This document shows positions 57,169 through 64,000 of a DNA stretch of 64,000 bases, piece by piece. The stretch lies in assembly GCA_029288895.1 (NCBI GenBank), contig JARIGK010000002.1:94986-158985 (forward strand). Reading direction: 5' to 3'. The notes below the pieces were generated by a model. The model did no database searches, had not been told where the DNA came from, and was given only the letters and a program-made list of their open reading frames with translations. Position 1 is the first letter of the stretch; each line of letters opens with the position of its first letter. Position numbers and translations under genes: made by a program. The stretch is from Candidatus Adlerbacteria bacterium. Its GTDB lineage: Bacteria; Patescibacteriota; Minisyncoccia; Phycocordibacterales; SBAW01.

Positions 57169-58053
57169 ATGCAAAGGCAGAAGGTTATAGCAGTTGTGGG
57201 GCCGACGGCGTCGGGCAAGACGTCGCTGGGGATTTTTCTTGCGCAGAAGTTGAAAGGCGAGGTGATTTCGGCCGACTCGCGCCAGGTCTACAAAGGCTTG
57301 GATATTGGCACCGGCAAGGTTACGAAGAAAGAAGCGGCTGGCATCCCCCACCATCTGATTTCTATAACAAACCCCAAGAAGCAGTTTAGCGTTGATGATT
57401 TTGTAAAACTTGGCACAGACGCAATTACTACTATTTTAAATAAAAAGCACGTGCCGATTCTAGTAGGTGGCACAGGCCTGTATGCGGACACATTGCTTGG
57501 CCGTATGAGTTACCCAAACGTGCCGCCAAACGAGGCACTGCGAAAAAAGCTCAATAAAAAAAGTACGGCAGAATTATTTGCCATGCTGCAAAAAGCCGAC
57601 CCTGCGCGCGCCGCAACGATAGAGAAAGAAAATCCACGCCGCCTTGTGCGCGCCTTGGAAATTGCAGCAGCACTTGGCGCATCCCCTGCACCCAACCCCG
57701 AACAGAGATACGATGTGCTCTGGATTGGGCTTAAACCTTCAGACGATATACTCAAGAAAAACATCCGCACACGCCTTTTGGAGCGCATCAAAGGTGGCAT
57801 GGTCAAAGAAGCAGTAGAACTGCATGGAGACGGCCTTTCCTATAAACGCATGGAAGAACTCGGACTCGAATATCGCTTTCTCGCGCAACTCTTGCAGGGA
57901 AAACTTTCAAAAGAAGAATTTGTCGAGCAGCTCGAGAGCGCCATTAACGCCTATGCAAAACGCCAATGGCGTTGGTTTAAGCGCAACAAAGACATCCACT
58001 GGGTCAAAAACAAAACAGAGGCTTTGAAACTCACAAAAGAATTTCTTTCGTAG
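57169..58053 (+). CDS. miaA: tRNA dimethylallyltransferase
   Basis: GPTASGKT, SADSRQVY, DIGTGK, VGGTGLY, YAKRQ. Confidence 0.97.
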   Translation: MQRQKVIAVVGPTASGKTSLGIFLAQKLKGEVISADSRQVYKGLDIGTGKVTKKEAAGIPHHLISITNPKKQFSVDDFVKLGTDAITTILNKKHVPILVGGTGLYADTLLGRMSYPNVPPNEALRKKLNKKSTAELFAMLQKADPARAATIEKENPRRLVRALEIAAALGASPAPNPEQRYDVLWIGLKPSDDILKKNIRTRLLERIKGGMVKEAVELHGDGLSYKRMEELGLEYRFLAQLLQGKLSKEEFVEQLESAINAYAKRQWRWFKRNKDIHWVKNKTEALKLTKEFLS

Positions 58054-58056
58054 AAA

Positions 58057-59406
58057 TTATAGAAGCGCTGCGCGGATAAAATTTTCTTGCATCTGAGAAA
58101 GTTCAGTTGCAGGAAGATTATCAAACGCCTCTGCCGTGGTTGCAGACTGTTCGCGGAACTCTTCGTCTTTTTCCAAAACCTCAGGATGCACTTCGAGCGA
58201 TTTGTCGTTAAAGCCCATCAAATAGAGCCCGCCGAGCGTACGCACACGCGACAGCGCTACGTACCCCTGGCCATACTCAAACGCCTGCGTAAGGTCTATA
58301 ACGGCCGAATCGAGCGACATACCCTGGCTTTTGTGCACAGTAATTGCCCACGCCAAACGCAGCGGCAACTGTTCAATCGTTGCCAATTTTTTATTACCCT
58401 CCTGTACAGCCCACTCGACAGACTGCACTTCCAATACGCGGCCGTTGTTGAGTTTTATAATCGGCAACCCGCTTAGTTTTGAAAATTCGCGCACTTCGCC
58501 CAAGCTCCCATTGTAGTAGTCGCCGTCGGGGTCATTTTTGGTAAACATCACCTTTGCCCCAACTTTAAGCAGCAGCGTTTCGGGTGATAGGCAGTTGCGC
58601 TTCAAAGCCTCCACAAGCGGCAAGGATCCTTTGCTGCGCATGTCGTAGCGGCGCGGCAAGGCAGGCAATTTTTCTAGTTCTGCGGTGTTGAGCCGGTCGA
58701 CGTTGGCGTTATGTGGAAATAGTTTTGTGTGCACGACGGTAGCGCCTGGCTCTTTCACGCGTACGGCCAACTTTTTGCGCAATGCGTCTGGCACATTGCC
58801 ACGGCGGAGCGCCGCTAGAATCTGCAAAAAATCTGCATCCTCTTGGCGATGCTGTTCTTCCAAATAGCACACCAAAGGCTTTGCCTGTTTCCACGCACGC
58901 GCATGGAAGGCAAACGGCGACTGGGGCTCGTCGTAGGAAATTTCTAAAGTATCATCTGTGCGCGCTTTTACTATGGGCGGGAGCTGAAAGAAGTCACCTA
59001 CAAAAATTACTTGTACGCCGCCAAACGCCTCTTCGCGTGCGCGCAGCATCCGCATCACAGCGTCCACCATGTCGAGGGTGTCGGCCGAGAGCATCGAGAT
59101 CTCGTCGATAATTAGCACTTTTGCCGCACGCACGCGTTTTACGACCTTTTCCTTCTGCCCTATTTGGTCCAAATCATACTCCGTGAGCTGCGGCTTTACG
59201 CCGATGCCGCTCCACGAATGGATGGTGTAGCCGTTGATGTGTGTGGCAGCAATACCAGTCGATGCAGTGATAGCAGGCTCCACGCCTTGGCTGCGCAAAT
59301 ACGCCACGTACTGGTTTATCGTGTGTGTTTTACCGGCACCCGGCTCGCCCGTCAAAAAGACGTTCGCGCCAGTCTTCAATACCGCCAATGCTTCCTCTTG
59401 AGTCAC
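58057..59406 (-). CDS. PIF1-family SF1B helicase
   Basis: TGEPGAGKT, IDEISM, GDFFQLPP, QLPLRLAWAITVHKSQGMSL, YVALSR. Confidence 0.93.
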   Translation of the reverse strand: MTQEEALAVLKTGANVFLTGEPGAGKTHTINQYVAYLRSQGVEPAITASTGIAATHINGYTIHSWSGIGVKPQLTEYDLDQIGQKEKVVKRVRAAKVLIIDEISMLSADTLDMVDAVMRMLRAREEAFGGVQVIFVGDFFQLPPIVKARTDDTLEISYDEPQSPFAFHARAWKQAKPLVCYLEEQHRQEDADFLQILAALRRGNVPDALRKKLAVRVKEPGATVVHTKLFPHNANVDRLNTAELEKLPALPRRYDMRSKGSLPLVEALKRNCLSPETLLLKVGAKVMFTKNDPDGDYYNGSLGEVREFSKLSGLPIIKLNNGRVLEVQSVEWAVQEGNKKLATIEQLPLRLAWAITVHKSQGMSLDSAVIDLTQAFEYGQGYVALSRVRTLGGLYLMGFNDKSLEVHPEVLEKDEEFREQSATTAEAFDNLPATELSQMQENFIRAALL

Positions 59407-59454
59407 CAGAGCAGTGTATCACCCCAGGGATAAAAGAAAGATAAGACCGAAATC

Positions 59455-60321
59455 TTATGAAGTCGTAGTCAACGCCAAGGTTATTGCGGCACAAACGGCC
59501 GCAACCAGCCCTACCTTTTGATGAAAGAGGAGTTTTTCTTTATTAAACGTGAGACCTAAAAGTACCGCACATGCGATATAACTTTCTGTAAGCCCTGTTA
59601 CGAGGCCAATAGGAAGTGAAAGTGTGCTGGCAGAATACCCTATCCACGCCACCATATCGAAAAATCCCACAGCAAATAGCAGGCGTCCGTTGTGGCGGAT
59701 ATGCGTAGCGATGCTCCCAATTTTTTCGTGATAGAGAAGGTATGCAAATGTTGCAACCGCCATAAACACACTTGTAAACCACAACACCATGAGCGGGCCC
59801 GCTGCACGTGACGTGAAGCCATATAAAAAGTTTGATGCGCCCATGCCAAACGACGTAAGCAGTGCGCCAATAACGCCACGCTCGAGCATCTTCATGCGGA
59901 CTCTGCCAAAATGTTTCGTCGATATTAAATACACACTAACGATCAGAATAGCGATGAGCCCTAACTGCACAGGCGCCAAATGTTCCCCCACAATAAATGT
60001 CGCTAGCGCTATCGTTACCGGCACTTCCATCGCATAGATTGGCTCCACCACCGCCATCTTTCCAACACGCATGGATTCGAAATCGAGCAGCGATGCCGCA
60101 AGAATAATAAAACTCGTCAGGAACAACACCATCAAATCAAACGATGAGAGTCCTTTGAGTGCCGAATAACAAAACGGATAAAGTGCGACAGCAGCAAAAA
60201 ACGTAACAAAAAAGAGCGCTTCCCAATCGCCTACTTTCCGGGCGCTGCGCTGTATTAAAAAATCACCGATGCCCCAGCCAATGATGGCCACAACGGCATA
60301 CACAAGTCCTATATCTGCCAC
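59455..60321 (-). CDS. DMT/EamA family transporter
   Basis: About 10 TMs in two repeats. Confidence 0.88.
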   Translation of the reverse strand: MADIGLVYAVVAIIGWGIGDFLIQRSARKVGDWEALFFVTFFAAVALYPFCYSALKGLSSFDLMVLFLTSFIILAASLLDFESMRVGKMAVVEPIYAMEVPVTIALATFIVGEHLAPVQLGLIAILIVSVYLISTKHFGRVRMKMLERGVIGALLTSFGMGASNFLYGFTSRAAGPLMVLWFTSVFMAVATFAYLLYHEKIGSIATHIRHNGRLLFAVGFFDMVAWIGYSASTLSLPIGLVTGLTESYIACAVLLGLTFNKEKLLFHQKVGLVAAVCAAITLALTTTS

Positions 60322-60342
60322 ACCACTATTCTAACGTAGAAA

Positions 60343-60951
60343 TTACTCCTTGCGGCGAATTTGGACGAAGTTGAATACCGAAAGTGCGAGTGCCGCGATG
60401 CTAACAACCAAGAGTGGCGTGTTTGATGCGCCCGCGGGTGCAGGCGCGGCACCGATATCATTCACTACCTGTGTTTTGGAATAGGGGCCGACACGCGAAA
60501 AATCAGCTTTACCATTGGCATCTTTGGGCTGTTCTACAGAGGGGTCTTGGTCCCATGATACGACAGAACCATCAGCATAGGTTTGATATGCTTTCCATTC
60601 AAGCGTAGTAGCCGATGCTGGAACTTGCGCGCTAAACAAAAAGTCATCGCGTTGGCCTGCAGGAATAGAGCTGCCGGTCCAAAAAATTTCAGTTGCGTGA
60701 CCGTCAGCATCTTTTTTAACTATCACCTTCCACCCAGGTTTTACGTTCGGCGTAACAGCATTCACGCCAGTAGGAACCATTAACTTCAAAGCAACCGTTG
60801 CGATAGGTTTCTCGGACGGAACGCCCATATCAAATGTTTGGTACGCAGCGACGCCAGCCTGTGCTGGCTTTACGACAACGTGTGCTGAGGCAATGCCAGC
60901 CGTGGCAAGAAACAGGGCGCCAGATAAAACAACTGTGGTGGGTGTGCGCAT
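60343..60951 (-). CDS. YcnI (DUF1775) family copper-binding protein
   Basis: Signal peptide then AHVVV, VPSE, KPGW, QTYADGSVVSW; C-terminal TM. Confidence 0.9.
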   Translation of the reverse strand: MRTPTTVVLSGALFLATAGIASAHVVVKPAQAGVAAYQTFDMGVPSEKPIATVALKLMVPTGVNAVTPNVKPGWKVIVKKDADGHATEIFWTGSSIPAGQRDDFLFSAQVPASATTLEWKAYQTYADGSVVSWDQDPSVEQPKDANGKADFSRVGPYSKTQVVNDIGAAPAPAGASNTPLLVVSIAALALSVFNFVQIRRKE

Positions 60952-60955
60952 AAAT

Positions 60956-61447
60956 TTATTTTTTCTTAATACTGATCATCATACCAGCAATACCTGCAAG
61001 CGCCGCGACGGCACCCGCAATGGCATACACCACGATACCTGAATCTATGATGCGTTTGGTAATACTCCCTGCCTCCACGCGCTGGTCGAATGAGACGCTA
61101 AATGTTGACGCCTTGTTGTCGGTGCCCGAGAGTACCAGCTGATATACGCCCGCATGCGGGAAGACGTATGGCACGGTGGGGTTTGAGTCTAGAGTGCCGC
61201 TCGTAAAGATTGTTTTGCCCTGGTCGACAACCGACACCTGACAGGTGCACGTGTAGGCAGAGTAGTCTGCATACGACACAAGAAATACAAGGCTCGCCTT
61301 CTCGCTTGCACGCGGGTCGTCTTCCGGGTTTACGTGCATCATAGCGGCAACACCCTGTTCGAATTTAAATGTATGTGCAGACGCTGGCCGCGGCATAAGC
61401 GCCACAAAGAGCACCACAACCACGAGAATGCCGAACGCTCTATTCAT
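60956..61447 (-). CDS. Exported hypothetical protein with N-terminal His after the signal peptide
   Basis: ASAH, MHVNPEDDP, FPHAGVYQL; C-terminal TM. Confidence 0.7.
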   Translation of the reverse strand: MNRAFGILVVVVLFVALMPRPASAHTFKFEQGVAAMMHVNPEDDPRASEKASLVFLVSYADYSAYTCTCQVSVVDQGKTIFTSGTLDSNPTVPYVFPHAGVYQLVLSGTDNKASTFSVSFDQRVEAGSITKRIIDSGIVVYAIAGAVAALAGIAGMMISIKKK

Positions 61448-61829
61448 GCGAGAGCGATGTCGAGGACGCATCCACCCCGTACCACGTTTTGAGCCAACGG
61501 CTCATGTCTGCGATTTGCCCGTCTTGGCTTGAGATAATATCCGCTGAAAGTTTTTTGATTTCTGAATGCTTGGCGTTTTGGAGTGCCATCTGTGCCATTG
61601 CAACAGCGCCTTGGTGATGCACTATCATTTCGCTCAAAAACTCTTTATCAAACTCATCACCTGTCTTTCCCTGCAAACCAGAAGTCATACTCAACATCAT
61701 GGACTGCATATCCATCACCATTCCGCGGTCGTTGTTCGCAGCACTAGCAGATTTCCCAATAACGTACCCTCCTCCAAAACCGACAATAAGTAACACTGCT
61801 CCCATGAGCATTGGCAGGTATGATTTCAT
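61440..61829 (-). CDS. DUF305 (CopM-like) protein
   Basis: Met-rich; FDKEFLSEMIVHHQGAVAMA. Confidence 0.9.
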   Translation of the reverse strand: MKSYLPMLMGAVLLIVGFGGGYVIGKSASAANNDRGMVMDMQSMMLSMTSGLQGKTGDEFDKEFLSEMIVHHQGAVAMAQMALQNAKHSEIKKLSADIISSQDGQIADMSRWLKTWYGVDASSTSLSHE

Positions 61830-61910
61830 ATTCAAATGGTAGCATTTTTTGGCGAACCATCGGCAGTTAGTAAGCATCAGCATTAAAGTCATTTCTGATA
61901 TACTTTCTAT

Positions 61911-62543
61911 ATGAAAGCAACAATACTTTTGGCATCACTTAAAACGAGCGCGAGCGGAGAATATTCCCATACCGAGGCGTTGTCTCAACTTTTGGTTGAT
62001 GAATTACAAAAGCTTGGCTGCGAAAGCGAGTTTGTGCGTTTGGCCGATCACAACATCCCCGTTGGGCTCAAAAGCGACATGGGGCAAGGCGATGAGTGGC
62101 CTTCTATTTTGCCAAAAATAACTTCTGCAAACATTGTCATCTTTGCGACTCCTATCTGGTGGGGCGGCCATTCGTCGCTTATGCAGCGCGTTATTGAACG
62201 CATGGACGCACTTAACGACGAGCTTATCGAAAAAGGCACTTCCGGTCTCTTGGGCAAAGTGGGCGGTATGGTAATTACCGGCGAAGAAGACGGCGCCGAA
62301 CATGTCATCGGCAACCTCGCTAACTTTTTAATCTGGAACGGCATGACGCTGCCGCCCGCAGTTACACTTTCCTACCTTGGCAGCTACGAAGATACCGAAA
62401 CCGCAACCGTCGAGAAACTAAAAAAGCAGGAAGCCACTGCCGGCATGGCAAAAACCATGGCCCAGAACCTTGTGCACATGGCGAAACTTCTCAGCGAAAA
62501 CCCCTACCCCGACCAAGAAAAAAATTCGCAGTATATTCGGTAA
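61911..62543 (+). CDS. Flavodoxin-like NAD(P)H-dependent FMN reductase family protein
   Basis: FATPIWWG, RVIERMD, GKVGG, GEEDGA. Confidence 0.9.
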   Translation: MKATILLASLKTSASGEYSHTEALSQLLVDELQKLGCESEFVRLADHNIPVGLKSDMGQGDEWPSILPKITSANIVIFATPIWWGGHSSLMQRVIERMDALNDELIEKGTSGLLGKVGGMVITGEEDGAEHVIGNLANFLIWNGMTLPPAVTLSYLGSYEDTETATVEKLKKQEATAGMAKTMAQNLVHMAKLLSENPYPDQEKNSQYIR

Positions 62544-62635
62544 TCGGTAGATTCTCAGAAGGCTACGCAAAAGAAAAACCTCCGCGTGGATAGCGGAGGA
62601 AAAGAGAATGCTCTCTAGCGGCTTTATCCTAAAGA

Positions 62636-62830
62636 CTAGGACGTGTTTTTGATCGACCCGCTCGGGGTGTAGTTCCGAGCAACGCCGCCCAGCAGCCTTT
62701 GGAAGTCTTCGATACTGCCACCAGGGCCAATGTCGGGCGGACCACTGATTGGGTTCGCCGCAAGCCCTTGCATGTGTTGATCCACAAGCTCCTTACGACG
62801 CTTGTCGAACTCTTCGTCTTGTGACGACAT
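62636..62830 (-). CDS. Small hypothetical protein
   Basis: AGGAGG SD; 64 aa; hairpin at 62579-62599. Confidence 0.5.
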   Translation of the reverse strand: MSSQDEEFDKRRKELVDQHMQGLAANPISGPPDIGPGGSIEDFQRLLGGVARNYTPSGSIKNTS

Positions 62831-63066
62831 GTGCGCCTCCTGCGCAGTTAAAGCCTCACCATAATGGCGACGCTAATACTGAGCAGGAGCTGTCTGAGTT
62901 CAGTGAATCACAGATAACGAAACTGGCAAGGCGGACTTAGCAACTAACGAGAGTGCTTTTTGTAGCTATAAGGTTGCGGAACCTCGAACTTTTCAAATGC
63001 GCGAAAAATGACCCCCTGACTCACGGATTGCGTTTCAGGAACTCTCCAGAGTGAAAAACTATGGTG

Positions 63067-63140
63067 TGGCGGGCGATGAGGGAATCGAACCCCCGCCAGC
63101 GGTTTTGGAGACCGCTGTTCTACCACTAAACTAAGCGCCC
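63067..63140 (-). tRNA. tRNA-Trp(CCA)
   Basis: Anticodon arm GCGGT-CTCCAAA-ACCGC, T-loop GTTCGATT, CCA encoded. Confidence 0.95.
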
Positions 63141-63320
63141 TATAATCGGCATATTACCTTAAAACATAACGTTTTGGGAGTATCTTCAGAATCAGCAATA
63201 GTATTTAACAATAATTAGGTTTAATTAGTTTTTATCACTTTTTGGGCAACCCGTGGGCAACCATGGGCATTATTACCAAAGAGCAGTACAGGCAAAAGTG
63301 ATAGATTGAAAAAGTCGCTC

Positions 63321-64000
63321 CTAATTCAGAGCGGCTTTTTGTATGATGCGAACGTATCCGGCATCTGCATCCACTTCAATCTCATCACCGTCTTTCAAGA
63401 TTTGTGTAGCGGTCTTGGTCCCAATTACGCAGGGCTTTTTCATCTCACGCGCGACGATAGCGGCATGGGACATGATTCCTCCTTCGTCTGTCACAACTGC
63501 AACTGCTTTTTGCATGGCCGGCACATAGTCTGGGTCTGTTATGACACTTACAAGAATTTCTCCTTCTTGAAGCAAGGATACGTCGGCTTTGCGCGTTATA
63601 ACCCGTACCTTTCCTTTTGCATACCCTTTGTATCCAGTCGAACCTTTGATTTCACTAGCGTTCGTATCAACTGATTCAAGTCTAAGACCTTTGCTTCGCA
63701 GATTTTCATTAAGTTCAGGAAGTGGAATCAGTGTTTCGTCCAGTAATGCACATCCTTCTTGAGCCCTCTTCTCCAAGGCGGCAAGGAAGTCTGGCGATGC
63801 TCCCTTTTCTAGCGCCAAAATATCTTCAGTAAGGACGTGGTGTGATAAATGCACATATTGCGGGAAGAGTCTCTCAAAAGATTCAGTGAGCATATTTGCA
63901 GTCTTGTCAGTGTATTCCTGTGTCTTCTCACGAACTCGGTTCATACCGTCGAAGAATTCTTTATCTATATCGGCATGGTTGGGTAGGCGGAAATACACAG
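63321..64000 (-). CDS. PEP-utilising enzyme mobile-domain protein, 3' part (runs off window end)
   Basis: GEILVSVITDP, VTDEGGIMSHAAIVARE, LKDGDEIEVDA. Confidence 0.9.
   Translation of the reverse strand, partial: VYFRLPNHADIDKEFFDGMNRVREKTQEYTDKTANMLTESFERLFPQYVHLSHHVLTEDILALEKGASPDFLAALEKRAQEGCALLDETLIPLPELNENLRSKGLRLESVDTNASEIKGSTGYKGYAKGKVRVITRKADVSLLQEGEILVSVITDPDYVPAMQKAVAVVTDEGGIMSHAAIVAREMKKPCVIGTKTATQILKDGDEIEVDADAGYVRIIQKAALN

Noticed and set aside
62971-62988. Possible att duplicate of the tRNA-Trp end (minus strand GTTCGAGGTTCCGCAACC)
   Set aside because: Only GTTCGA matches, too short to distinguish from chance.
62944-63126. 60-aa ORF MVEQRSPKP...
   Set aside because: It is a translation of tRNA-Trp and its flank.
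1-64000. Recoded genetic code, prophage or IS element
   Set aside because: TGA ends genes at expected positions (e.g. 13637, 16573, 50164); no phage structural, integrase or transposase genes were recognised.

Overview
A gene-dense bacterial chromosome segment using the standard code. Gene content, short DnaX and Rel proteins and apparently pervasive leaderless starts suggest a Patescibacteria/CPR (Parcubacteria-like) genome; this taxonomy is inferred. Recognisable genes include uvrA (partial), uvrB, tgt, msrA, rarA, typA, an ABC-F ATPase, lemA, dnaX, dus, serS, dprA, topA, rel, parB and miaA. There are three tRNAs (Gln-TTG, Leu-CAA, Trp-CCA) and an ECF-sigma operon joining a MacAB-type transporter to an FMN-binding/ApbE/RnfD-FNR flavinylation module. 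Four unusual structures stand out. (1) A free-standing ~280-nt RNA gene (24587-24866, minus) resembles a remodelled piece of 23S rRNA domain I, has its own promoter, closing helix and terminator, and lies between an ABC-F gene and the typA region. (2) An array of nine single-gene cassettes directly downstream of tRNA-Gln (35502-40230) is punctuated by a ~30-bp repeat whose right half matches the tRNA 3' end and flank; no recombinase is present in the window. (3) A ~60-bp palindromic element is inserted in-frame in two unrelated genes (tgt and a TPM-domain gene). (4) A short 6S-like RNA candidate lies next to rarA. All homology calls come from motifs and recall; no searches or folding programs were run.
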